In this document: piece after piece, positions 36,546 to 49,497 of the stretch | How the letters are laid out: every line of letters starts with the position of its first letter | Numbering within the stretch: position 1 is the first letter of the stretch | Assembly (NCBI GenBank): GCA_028534125.1 | Contig: CM052816.1 | Span: 11,472,001-11,536,000, forward strand | DNA from: Lama glama | Taxonomy: Eukaryota | Length of the DNA: 64,000 nucleotides | Direction of reading: 5' to 3' | The notes under the pieces: generated by a model | Databases searched by the model: none | The model's input: the letters and a program-made list of their open reading frames with translations, nothing else | What the model was told of the DNA's origin: nothing | Position numbers and translations under genes: made by a program

Positions 36546-37009
36546 TAGTCACCATACATGTGCTCAAAAATCCATTCGACCAGTTACCTTTGGAAAATGC
36601 AAATCAGAGCATATCAGCATCGTTTAAAAAGTCTTTCAATGACTTCCCATTCCTCCGTGAGTAAAACCGTGCATCCACACCAGGACCTCGTGAACCGGGC
36701 CCTGCTTGTAACTCCCACTTCATCTCCCACCTCATCTCCCGTCTGCCCACTCCGCCTTTGACTTCCCCGGTCACACTGGCCTTCCTGCCTTTTCTCGACC
36801 AGGCCACGCTTCTCCCCGCCTTAGGCCTTTGCACCCGCCTCCGTCTAGAACAGCCTTCCTCCAGCTCTGCGCACGGCAGTTCCCTCTTCTCCAGCGCCTT
36901 CACCGCCCACGCACTCTGACGCATCTTCCCTGCCTATCTGTCCCTTTCCGTCGCTTCGCTCTGCTCTCTGTTCTTCTCTGTGAGTCTCTGCTCTGGTTAA
37001 GCTATGATT

Positions 37010-37122
37010 TGGGGAGTTGGGGGGTAGGAATTAGGTTTATTTATTTTAACAGCGGTACTGGGGATTGAACCCAGGACCTTTTGCATGCTGAGAATGCGCT
37101 CTGCCACTGAGCTAGCCCCACC
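37010..37122 (-). mobile_element. tRNA-derived SINE (Vic-type)
   Basis: Reverse copy; TSD CTCTGGTTAAGCTATGATT (36991-37009) / CTCTGGTAAGCTGTGATT (37123-37140). Confidence 0.9.
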
Positions 37123-39709
37123 CTCTGGTAAGCTGTGATTGCTGGCATTCAGTCTAATCTTGGGGTTATTAGCAGTTTACCCTGTTTCCTCCCCTCCCTT
37201 AGGAATCCAAAAAGAGTTGTTGATCTTTTAGTCTGTTCAGCTTTTACTTTTTGTTAGGGCAGAGTGGCCACTTCCCAGCTCCTTACAGGTGCAGCCAGAA
37301 ACCAGAGGTCCTGTACCTCTTATTTCTATCCTTCTTTTATTTTTAAGGTTTTATTGATTTATTTTTAAGGTTTTTTTAAATTGAAGTGTAGTCAATTTAC
37401 AATGTTAGTTTCAGGTGTACAGCAGAGCGATTGTTACACACATGCATACATTTTATATATGTTTTCAGATTCTTTTCCATTACGGCTCAATATAAGCTTT
37501 ATGATGAATAAAGGAGAAAAATGGGAAAAAGAAGTTTGGTTGTGGAACCTGAGGGGGAATCAGGAGTGGACTTTGAAATTCAGCCAGTGTCTAAGTACCA
37601 CCAACAGAGGGGCCCAAAGGGGATGTGAACTGGGGGCCTCGCCTCATTCTGTCTTGGCCTCAGGTCAGTTCTTCCTGTGTTTTATCTTCTGTCTATTTCC
37701 TTAGGCGTCTTGTCAGCCACATTTTCTCCAGGTAGGGTTTTTCTCCGCTGTCTTGTCTGCCTTTTGTTTCAGTCTCTCTCACTCCTGCCCTCCCTCCACG
37801 TTGCTGAGCCAAAGTCTCTTCCAAACTGCAGACCCCCAGCCGCTACTTCTGCGACCCCAGTGGCCTCGCTCAGCTGTCACCACAATGTGCAGAGGAAGGG
37901 GAAGGAACTTCACCCCCTCCCCCTTCTGAGTTGTCAGCCCTTCATCTTCTCTAATTTATGCAAGAAACAGCGTAGAACCCTGGAAAAAGCATGTAACTTG
38001 GAGTTAGACTAAACGGATTTCAAAACCTTGTCTTATAATGACTGAGTGACCTTGGGCGGGACATACAGCCTCCCAGAGCCTTGATTGCCTCATCCACAGA
38101 TTGGGGACGTGGTGGCTGACAGACTTATGCATGCACACGCACGCACACACACAGTCACACGATGCGCACACACGCCTACACTTCACAAAGCTGACCTTCT
38201 TACCTTTTGAATCTTAGCTTAGTTCTTACCTGCTTTATCTAAAGTAGGTCCTTTGACCCCAGCCATAGCACTTATGACAATTTATAATGAAGTGACTGAA
38301 CACATGTTTTGTGTTGTCTCCCCTATAAGAGGGCAAATAGATCATACTTACTTGGCACCACTGTATCCTGGGCGTTGCAACAGTAGACAGTGTAGAGCTG
38401 CTGTAATCTTATGTCATTATTAATACTTATGTTAGTTTTATGGACAGTGGGGAATTATTAGAAGAAGGCAAAAGAAAATCTCTAGGCAACACAATCCTCT
38501 TTGCTTGGCTAATGGAGAGAGTAATTTAGATTCACAAAGGTCAAGCTGTGGTCTGGGGGTGCTGCCCAAGATAACTTATTTCGCGAGGAGAGGTGGTGTG
38601 TGTTTTACTGCTTGTCAATTTCTGAGTGGCCCTGAGTTTGAAAAGATAAACTTCCTTGGATGCCTCTTCCCCTCCAGCCTGCTCTTGTAGCTTCAGTTTA
38701 CTTTAGTAATGAATTCAGTTGGCATTTTCCCTCTGGAACGCTGTTATTAAAACAGGCTTGATAGGGACTCCGCTTGCAGGTACGGTAGCATAGGAGCGAA
38801 ATGAACTCTAATGGACTCTACGAGTCCCAATATTGGTTCAGCCACGGCGTGACACTTAGAGTGAGTGAGAGCAACAGGGATCTCATTAATCCTCACAATT
38901 TAGCGCCAGCATCAGGGAGAGGAGGAAAATCACGTCTGATCGCACTGTCCTGTTAGTCTTGCAAATGTGTGGGGGGGGAGGAATTAATTTTGGGGGAGTG
39001 GAAAGGGAGGAGAAATATTTATCCCAACTCCTTGGTCATTTGCCGACAGATCTCAGACAGATGACTAATTGAAAAGGATTTATAGGAGAAGTAACATGAT
39101 GCTCTGATCCGAAGGCTGAGATAAGTGGGGAGAATGCCAGTCATTCATTTTCGTTTATTGAAAATGTCTACTGTGTGCAAAGCACTTTTCCAGGCCATGT
39201 GGATCAAGTGTGAAGAAGCCAAAGTCTTTGCCCTCAAGGAGCTTACATTCTGGTGAGATGAGATAGCCACCAAATGAGTGATAACTTCAGTAAAGAAAAC
39301 AAAACAGGGTCACATATAGGCAGGTACTCTGCTGGGGGATGGAGGTGGTAGGGGCTATTTTAGGTGACAGTCAGGAAAGACTTCTCTGAACATGGGACAT
39401 GGGAGTGAAAAGTGCATGTTTGGATGGAAGCAGCTGCATAGAGAGGGAAATTCATAGCATCTCATCTAAGGAACCAAACGGGAGGCCGTGAGCCTGATGT
39501 GAGCTCAATATCAGGGAAAAAACCAAAGACCCCTCAATCCCCTCCAAAATACAAATTATTAACATTTCCACATTATTTACTACTTACCAGTAATACTATT
39601 TATCAGCAATGTGAGTTAAGCAATCACTCTGATTGACAGCTATAACATGGCAATCATAATGACCACACACCTGATTGCCTTGTTATAAGAATTACACGTG
39701 ATAGTAAGA

Positions 39710-39960
39710 AATGCTAACAATTATTGAGTATTTATTATATGCTGGGTGCTGGGCTAAGTGCTTCATTTATCATAGTTCATTTAATCTTCTTGCTAAGCTT
39801 CTTAATAAAGTTAAAAGCTAATATTATGATCCTCATTTTGCAGATGAGGAAACTGAGCTCAGAGAGGGTGAGTAACTAGGTCAAGGTCACCCAGCCAATG
39901 AGTGACAGAGTAGGGGTCTGAATCCAAGCACTCTGCTTCCAAAGCCCTGAGCCTTACTCC
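39710..39960 (-). mobile_element. MIR (representative; further MIR fragments near 3900, 8000, 9200, 15300, 22200, 29500, 32000, 42700, 59800, 63500)
   Basis: MIR core CCTCATTTTGCAGATGAGGAAACTGAGCTCAGAGAGGGTGAGTAACT..CAAGGTCAC. Confidence 0.85.
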
Positions 39961-40130
39961 ATATCTTCCAGGTGTAGCAGCCTTACAGCAGCACCTGTCA
40001 GGTGCCTGGTCAGTGCCTGCACCTCACTGCTCAATGTGGCAGCTCTCAGTGTTCCTAGTCCTGTCATTACTATGTACATTTTCTTTCTTCCACTTCATGA
40101 CAACCTGTGAGCAATCTTAGAGTCTGCCTT

Positions 40131-40233
40131 TTGTTTTTATTTATTTATTTTATAATGGAGGTACTAGGGATTGAACCCAGGACCTCATGCATGCTAAGCA
40201 TGTGCTCTCCCACTGAGCTATTTCCCTCCCTCC
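40131..40233 (-). mobile_element. tRNA-derived SINE (Vic-type)
   Basis: Reverse copy; TSD AGAGTCTGCCTT / AGAATCTGCATT. Confidence 0.9.
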
Positions 40234-43200
40234 AGAATCTGCATTTTTGAATATGACATCCAGAAATCAATGATTTGCCAAGAGGTGGAAGCCAGATCTT
40301 TTGATTCCCAACCCCCAGGTCTTTTTCCCAGGGTGCACCTCCCTGGAGTTTTTGCTTATTATAATTAAGCATATTTTGAAAGGAACCCTCAGAAATACAC
40401 AGTGAATTTGCTTCTGTAGATCCAGCTGTTTGTGAAACAATGGGTTCAATTTTCTTCCTTAATACCGCTTCTATTAACATTTAAAAGATCCTTCCATATT
40501 CATTGTTCCTATTTTAAGCTAAAAATCCTCAGAGCTGTTGAGCATTCATCAGCTGAGGAAACCCACCAGGATTCTGAATCCTCTGCCACTTGTCGTCCAG
40601 GCATCGCTCTCTGTGCCTGTCTTGTTCCTCCTTGTGTACATCCCAGGACATCTAGGTTTCCCTGAGATGTCTCAGGTAGGAAACGCGGCTCCCAGTGAAT
40701 TTGTTTTTGTTTTTTGCACAAGGTTGTTCCTATGCTCTTGATTCTCTTGAGCTGAGCTTTAAACCTGAAAAACTTAAGGAAAAAGAAGTCTTCTTGGATT
40801 GGACTGTTAGAATGTAGCAGATCCTCTGAGACTGGAGGAAAGCATATTTGCACTCACTACCTTGCCAGGCAATTACAGTGTCAAATGGGAGGAGGAGGAC
40901 TTGACAGAGGAAAGGTAAGGCAGCCAGAATATCTTTCCCCTTATGAGCGAGGAGGCTGAGGCTTCCCCTGATCTGTCTCTGGGGTTGGTGCAGATGTCTG
41001 ACTCCAGTCCAGACGTCTTCTTTGCAGTTGAAACCCTAACATTTAACCACCTACTCCGTGGCTCCACTTAGACATCTATCAGGCAACTCAAGTTTAACGT
41101 GATAAAAACAAATGTCAGACCTTCACCCCCAAACTCACTCCTCTCTCTCGGTCCTCCCCACATCTGTTAATAACATCTCTGTCCTTTGAGGTGCTTGAGG
41201 GAAAATGTTGGAGTCTCCATAACACTTGTCTTTCCCTTACATGACCCATGTCCTGTTCATCTGCAACACCTGTTGGCCTTTGCCTTCAAGATGGATTCAG
41301 ATGCTGACCACGTCTCACCACCTTCATGGCTGCCATGGACCCAGCCACCATCCTCTATTTCCTGATTTCTGTCTCCTAACTGGCCTTCTGCTTTCAGTCA
41401 TGCCCTTTCTAATACTCAGTGTGGCAGCCAGAGTGATCCTTTGAAATTTGCTGGGCGGGGATCGAGGAGGGGTGTTGTAATCCTCCCAGAGCTGTGTTCA
41501 GCACCGAGCACCCCTCTATCCAGAGACTCAGTTCACACACAACTCTGCTGCCTAGATTTGGAGTCAGTCAGACCTAACTCAGCTGCAGTCACACCTGCCG
41601 CACACCTCAATCACACTGACACAGCTGATTGTTAAACCAGGCAGCCCAGGACACAGCTCAGAAGTGTGAACTGTTCGCAGGGGAGAAATACTCACAGACA
41701 ACATTTGGGACCTCAGGTTTCACGTAATGCCCTGCTTGATGTGAATTTGTGGTTCTTAAGACAATATAAGATCAATTTTTGTGAAATTTCCTGAAACATT
41801 TTGTTTCCTCGGGCAAAAAAAAAAAAAAAAAAGACTTGCCGCAAGAGCAACAGTTGAGCATCTGCTCCAGAGGAAGCCAATCAATTGTGGCCTCTGAGAA
41901 GTCAATAAATACGGTAGGAGGCCAGATTCTTCGTATTCCCTGTATCCATCATTCTCTTCCTTCCAATCACCACTGGAGATAGAGTTGTAGGATGTTCATT
42001 CAGAGAGAGAATTTAGAGTTTATCTGGTCAACTGATGACTTTAGAGATAGCGAAATAGGCTCAGAGAGGGCTGTGGGCTTGTTCCAGTCACACAGCCATT
42101 CTGTGTTGGGATTCAACTCTCATCTTCTGAGCCTGAGGCCAGTCCTCTTTCCACAGCCCTGAAATCTTTTGATTTCAATGGCAGCTCTAACATAGGACAG
42201 GGAGCAGGTCATGAAGAAGAAGGGAGATAGGGAGGATGCTGGGTTTCCAAGGAAACTGCCTGACAACAGAGGGGCCAGCAAGAGGAGAGAGAACGGTCTA
42301 GATTTCTCCAGGAGGGACTCTGGACTTCACTGCCAGTCTTTAGCCACAAACAGGACACTTGGATCTAAAATACTTAAGAGGTTTTTATACACACAAGTCC
42401 CCATGGAAAATTACCCATGATATGTTTCATTTCCTAAGGGTCCTGACCCATTTCTCTGAGGTTTAGAGAGGTTAAGCAAGTTACCCACGATCACACAGCC
42501 TGAAGGAGCTGATTCCATAGCCTGTGCCTTTTACATTACCCCGCACTACCTTTTAGGGGGCTAGGCATAATTCTTACTATAAAGGAAACAAAGATATTTT
42601 GTCCCAAAGAAAAAAATCACACGGATATGTAGGAATTTATTTATATTAAATGCTGCACAGTGCAGATGGCTGATGGTTGAGGATGTGAGCTCCAGGATCA
42701 GACTGTCTAGGTTAAAATCCAAGTTCATCGCTTATGCCGAGGTGACCTTGGGGATGCTTTTGACCTGTACAAGGTCTTCTTTTACTTCTTATCTTTGCAG
42801 TGGACATATATATTTATTTCATAGTGTTGTCATGAGGGTAAAAAGGAGATAATATTGTCAGTCACCTAACACTGCCTAGCACTTAAGTGCTCAAAAATGT
42901 TAGCTGTTGTTTGATTTTATCATGCACAATATTAACTGGGGGATGGGATGATGCAAGAAGGGAAAGTGTGAAAGAGAAAAGATGACCTTTTCTTCATGCT
43001 TAATTTGACTTCACTCACCAATTCCTTTGCATATCCCAAGCACACACCCATCCTCCCTAGTGGATTAGATTAGATGAGGTCCTTTCAAAGGTGAGAGAGG
43101 AGTGAAATGCTTCACTAGGAAACCCAACTGGATGTGCATAAGGATACATGTAAGAGGATAATCTTTGCGAGATAATTTATAATAGAGAAAGCCCAGAGAT

Positions 43201-43289
43201 AACCTAAATATTTGTTTATAAAGAACAAGTTGCATCAACTATGGCACATTAGAGTTAACACAGCACAGTATTTCCAGGGGCTTAGGATA

Positions 43290-43950
43290 AATCATCTTTG
43301 ATTCCTTTTTGTTTTCTCTCACTCTCTGCATGAATACCATCAGTAAGTCCTGTTGACTCTACCTTCAAAATAGATGCAGAATCTGACCAGTTCTCATTAC
43401 CTTCTACCACCCTGATCTTAAACCACTATTATCTCTCTCGTAGATTTTTACCATTACCTTCAAACTGGTCTTCCTGTGTCCACTTTTGCCCTAGTTTCTA
43501 GCTGCAGTAGCATCCTTGCTGTTTCTTCAACCTGTTAGTTACATTCCTACCTCAGGACCTTTGCATAGGCTGTTTCTGCTGTCTGGAAAACTCTCACAGG
43601 GTCCTCACAGCTCCCTTTCTCATCTGCTCAAGCCTGCTTCCCAGTGAGGTCTGCTTCACCCATCCCAGTTTTTAATTGCAACCCACTCCACTCTGAGTTT
43701 AGTACTCCCAATTTCCTTTTTCCTGCTCTATGCTTTTCCCATAGAAATTATCACTTTTTCATGTACAATACATTATTAACTTATTTATTAAGCATATTGT
43801 CTTTTTTCTGTCCACTGGAAGCAAATTGTCTTTTTTCTGTCCTTGCCTTTTTTTGTTGTTGTTGTTGTTCACTGTTACATCCTCAGCACCTAGAACAGAT
43901 TCAGGCATATAGTAGATATTTAATAAATATTTGTTGAAGAATGAATAAAT
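43290..43950 (+). mobile_element. L2 3' fragment
   Basis: AAGTCCTGTTGACTCTACCTTCAAAAT..CCTCAGGACCTTTGCAT..AATAAATATTTGTTGAAGAATGAAT. Confidence 0.8.
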
Positions 43951-45504
43951 TATTTACAGTGAGTTAGTATGGAATCTTAAAATCAGTGGGGGGGTGCTCT
44001 ACCTATATTGACATGGAAACATCTCCAAGATATATTTTAAAATTTTAAAAATCAAGTTAAACTATTAATATATATTTAAATATAAATTTTATAATATATC
44101 TATACATCTGCATATGTATGCATACATGTATATATAGTAACTTCATTTATGTTTAAAAAAACAAAGCCATGTATTTGTATCTGCATACATATATATAATA
44201 TACATATATAAACACATAAAATGTTAGGAAGGCCATATTCTAGACATATACTAACAATTGCTTTTTAGGAAGAATGAAGGAGACCTTTTGTTTTATTCTA
44301 TATGTCTCTCTAATTTTAAAACGTTATCCTACAAAAGGCTGTATTAATGTATTTCTTGTGTCTGTTTTTATTTAGATTTTCTATGTTGATGTACATTTTG
44401 AAAAAAATTAAGTATATGTGCAGAAAATTTAGCACTCTTTCTTACATTTTCCGGGATCCACTAACCTGGACAAGTTGCTAGCAGAGAGGTTTTAAATGGA
44501 AGGTGTGAATCTCTGACCAATGGAGTGTCCTAGCCCACTTGACCTGATTCCCCCCACCAGACCCACATACTTTCCCACATGATACTGTGAGCGCCTTGGG
44601 AGCAGAGCCATGATTGTTTGGGTCCCTGCTGTAGCCCTGTGTTCTAGCACAATGCTGTGGACTTAGGAGGTGCACAGTACATATTTGTTTCCTTGAGGCA
44701 GCTCTCTCCTCCCTGTCCCCTGGAATCTTTCAGCCATGGGAATTCCTAGGGCTGTCTGGGATGCAGCCTCAGTTCGCTCTCCTCCCTGCAGGTGGCAGTC
44801 TTCATCGGCTGGAGCGAGCTGCACTTCTAGAGCAAGGGCTCTCAATCCATCAGGCACAAAGCGTGCTTTCCGTTAACACTTATTTCACAACACCCCTTTA
44901 CCATTCTGGAATGAAATTAATAGATGCAATAATCCTCCTACAAATATAACTTCGAAAACCAACACATCGCCCTTGCTTTAATAGAGAAATAAAAGGAAAG
45001 TAATTGATAATAAAATACTGTGTATTTTAATGGCAAATGCTTGGGTGTGATTTCCCTAGAAGATATGAAGATGCTTTACACATGTCTAGGACCCCCGTGA
45101 ATGGCACAGCCACAGATACTGTCTGATATAGGAGCAGCATTTCAATTTCTGAAGCAATTTTTCAAAATGGTAGACAATTCCTGGTAGAACAAACACTAAA
45201 TGAAACAAAGTACCAACTTCTCTTAACTTATATGCATTATCAGTCCCCCCAAAATATATTGTATATTAAAGCCACACTCAACACTCTCACCAAAAAAAAC
45301 AAACAGGTTCTAGGCTGAGATAATAATACACAGGTGTTTTACCTAGGCAGGCCAATTTTTTGTTGTGCAGAACTACTCTTTATATTGCAGGATATCCATC
45401 TCCCTGGCCTCTCACCCACTGATTGCCGCCACTGAACCTTGAAATGTGACTAGTGGGATTAAAGAACTAAACTTTTAATCTAATTCAATTTACACATACT
45501 TCTT

Positions 45505-46335
45505 TTATTCTTATTTTTTATTGAACTGGAGTTGATTTACAATGTTAATTTCAGGTGTACAGCAATGCAATTCAGATATACATATATGTACATATATGTA
45601 TATATTTTCCAGATTCTTTTCCATTACAGCTCATTACAAGAAATTGAATATAGTTCCCTGTGCTGTACAGTAGGTCCTTGTTTATCTAGTTTATGTACAG
45701 TAATGTGTATCTATTCATCCCAAGCTCCTTTTTTTCATATTTTTTAACAGTTTTTATTGAGTTACAATCATTTTACAATGTTGTGGCAAATTCCAGTATA
45801 GAGCACAATTTTTCAGTTATACGTGATCATATGTATATTCATTGTCATATTTTTTTCTCTGTGAGCTACCATAAGGTCTTGTATATATTTCCCTGTGCTA
45901 TACAGTATAATCTTGTTTATCTGTTCTACATTTTGAAATCCCAGTCTGTCCCTTCCCACTCCCCACCCCCTTGGCAACCACAAGTTTGTATTCTATGTCT
46001 ATGAGTCTGTTTCTGTTTTGTATTTATTAATTTATTTTAGATCCCACATATGAGCGATCTCATATGATATTTTTCTTTCTCTTTCTGGTTTACTTCCTCA
46101 GAATGATGATCTCTAGGTCCATCCATGTTGCAGCAAATGGCATTATTTTATTCTTTTTTATGGTTGAGTAGTATTCCATTGTATAAATATACCACATCTT
46201 CTTTATCCAGTCATCTGTTGATGGACACTTAGGCTCTTTCCATGTCTTGGCTATTCATCCCGAACTCCTAATCTATCCCTCCACCCTCATTTCCCTCTGG
46301 TAACCATAGTTTGTTTCCTGTGTCTGTGAGTCTGC
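45505..46335 (-). mobile_element. Nested L1 3' ends (younger L1 45730-46250 inside older L1), within a Charlie-like DNA transposon remnant
   Basis: Inner TSD CTATTCATCCCAAGCTCCT (45711-45729) / CTATTCATCCCGAACTCCT (46251-46269); outer CACATAC-T-rich repeats at about 45494 and 46336. Confidence 0.85.
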
Positions 46336-49209
46336 ACATACATTTTTAAAACTTTTAAGTATGATTGGAACAACGTGGGTATGTGAGTCTACTTTGTCAG
46401 TTGTTAATTTTATGAAATTATAAATTTCATTTGTTTATTTTCTACTTTTTTAACATTGCTACTGGAAAATTAAAAAATATATGTGTGTTATGTTACATAC
46501 ATATGTATATTTCTCCTGAAGAGTACTGAGATAGAGAAAAATCAGGACTGTTTTGCAGCCTCAGAGAGCTCTCCTTGCTTTCTCTCTGGTAGGAATAAAG
46601 GAGTTAGAAGAACTAGTTCCTTATTCTCTAGGTGGCAAACCAGGGGCTGCAGGGACAGGGTTGTTGCAATGGGAGAATAATCCCAAGTGATTATTTTTTA
46701 ATGAAGTCCCAGATTTTGGCCTGTGGTTTCTGGCAGGGTTGATGCTTTTCCACTACACTCACCCTCTGCTCGGTCCTCAGGGAACCTTCCCTTTACATTC
46801 TGACGTGGGGGTTTTGGCCTGTGATACACAGATTGCTGCCAGCTCTGCTCAGAGGCAGTGAGGAAAAGCCATTTCAGAGTACAAAAAGATGGCCCATCTC
46901 TCCATGCAGGCAATTTACAGATGATGCTGGTGGTTAAATTTCAAAGCCAACCGTGGGGTCGCCTCTGAGGCAGAACTTAGAGAACCAGCCGCACTGGTAG
47001 CCAAGTCACATCCCAGCCACAGAGAGTCCTCACTGATCCTATATTCACACGTTTATTATGGGTTTTAGATGAGACTAGACTTGTTAAAATCCTTTCCTGT
47101 CCCACTTTTAAAGACTTGACGTTTCCCTTCTCAGTGATCAGCTTGATGATGTGAGAGAAGCATTAATGTTGAGAAGCCTGAACTTTGGGGTCAGACCTGG
47201 GTGAGTGAGAATAACAGCTGACATTTCATGGCTGTGGGACCCTGGGCAGATAGCGTGACCTCTTTGAGCTTCTTTCTTTAACATACCTCCCTCGTCCATA
47301 GCAAATGCTCAATAAACAGTGGCTGTTCTTTACTATGAAGAGGGTGAGAGTCAGAGGTGGCAAGACTTTTTAAGCCAGAAACCATCTTAGAACAGCATCT
47401 CTGAGATTCTTTTTCTCAGAGCACTGGTTTCATGAAATAGAATTCCAACTTAGGAGTTTTGTGGGCACTACATTTTAGAAACGGTGTTTCCCCCACTTGG
47501 AGACTGACCAAGTCCATTAGTATATTTAACATTCTGGGAAGTCCTGCAGTAAAGAAATCAGTTTCACTTGACTTAACCCAGAAGTTCCCAAACTTATTGG
47601 GATTTTTCCTCCCATGAAATAACTATTAGTTCTGTGGGTTACACTTTGGGAACAGATGGCATGGGAGAAAATGCCTTATTTTCCAATCAGAGCCTCTTGA
47701 TCCCACACTTTGGATAGGCTGGTCTCCTCATCAGATTGTCCTGTGATACGGGGCAGGAGGGGGACAAGTGGGACAGGCCACCAGACTATGTTCCATGTCA
47801 CCTACATCCGGAAGGAGCTTAGACAACCTTATACATTTTTTTGAACAATGGTGATGTGAGCTATGATAATCTCTTGAAACATTGCTTTGGAAATTTCTGT
47901 TATGGTTGGTGGTAGAGCAGTGGGGGACCGGAAACTTAGATTTTGGTTTTCATGTTTTTTATAAAGTTGCATGAACTCTCACAACATTCTAGGAATGATC
48001 AATGGCTATAATAATCTTCTGCCATAACAATATTTTAAAAAGAAATGCCAGACTGGGGTTTAAATACACACACACCTCTGCATGGTAATGTATGAGCAGA
48101 TTAAGAGGATATGTTTAATTTATAAGCCCTACACTGATTAGAAAAGATAGATGTGGAAAGATCACTAAAGGGTAATGTTCATACTCAATTTGCAATAATT
48201 GCACATTTCTTTCATCAAGACACATATCTAATGTAATCTCCCAAATCCCAAAGTACACATAAAAATAAAGTCCAGTAAATGACATCAGACAGGATAGGAT
48301 CAAAATTCTACTCAGTGAAGATTCAGAATATACTAGAATCTAAATCAAAATGCACAGAAGCAAACCTCGATACCTGTGAATACTTTCGTGAGAGCAATTT
48401 TGTCGCCAATTGGTATTATTAACATTTCAAACATTAAAACACTGGAATAGTACAATAAATGACCATCAAGAATATTTATTAATAAATAAATGAATATTAA
48501 TGAGCATTTTCATTTTCATTTCATATATATGCATATATATTTAAATATGCATATATAGTGAGGGCATACATTTTTTTCATGATAAATTGCAGACACCATG
48601 ACATTTTACTTTAAATATTCTAGCATGTATCTCCTACAAAAAGGCATTCTCATACATAATCACATAACGTTATCCTGCCTATGAAAATGAAAAATAATTC
48701 TCTAATTCCATCTGACACCAGCTCTAGAGTCGTTTCTCCAGGAACCAATCAAGCAAGGCTCATATATTGCATTTGGTTTTATCTCTTTAAATCTAGAGTG
48801 TTCTGCTTATCTCAACATTTTTTCCCTGTATATTGACTTTTTTGGATGAGACTAGTTGTCTTGTGGGATGTCCCACATAGTAGCTTTGTCCGTCTGTTTC
48901 TTCTTGGGATCTTTTAGTTCATTCATCTATCATCACCTGTGCTTCTTGTTAACCAAAAGTTAGGTCTAAAGACTTGATTACATAAATATTTAACATTTTT
49001 GCCTAAAATTCTTCATTAGTGGAGTGATCATTTATTCCCCTTTGCCTCCTGTCCCAGTATAACTGTAAATAGTGCTTTTCAGTGTTGAGAATGTCCTCCT
49101 TTGGACACCCCATCTGTAAATGAAGCATCACATTAGGAGACACAGAATGTCTGTTTACCCCACCATTAGGGATAAAGTATTCTCTAAGTAATGAAAAAAA
49201 AGTAATAAA

Positions 49210-49466
49210 CTGGAACCCTCCTACACTGCTGGTGAGAATGTAGTTTGGTACAACCATTATGAAAACAGTATGGAGATTGCTTAAAAAACTAAAAATAGAC
49301 TTTCCATACAATCTAGAAATCTCACTCCTGGGCATATATCTGGAGGGACCTCTAATTCAAAAAGATACATGCACCCCAATGTTCATAGCAGCACTATTTA
49401 CAGTAGCAAAGATATGGAAACAATCTAAATGTCCATTGACAGATGACTGGATAAAGAAGATGTGGG

Positions 49467-49497
<31 letters not shown>

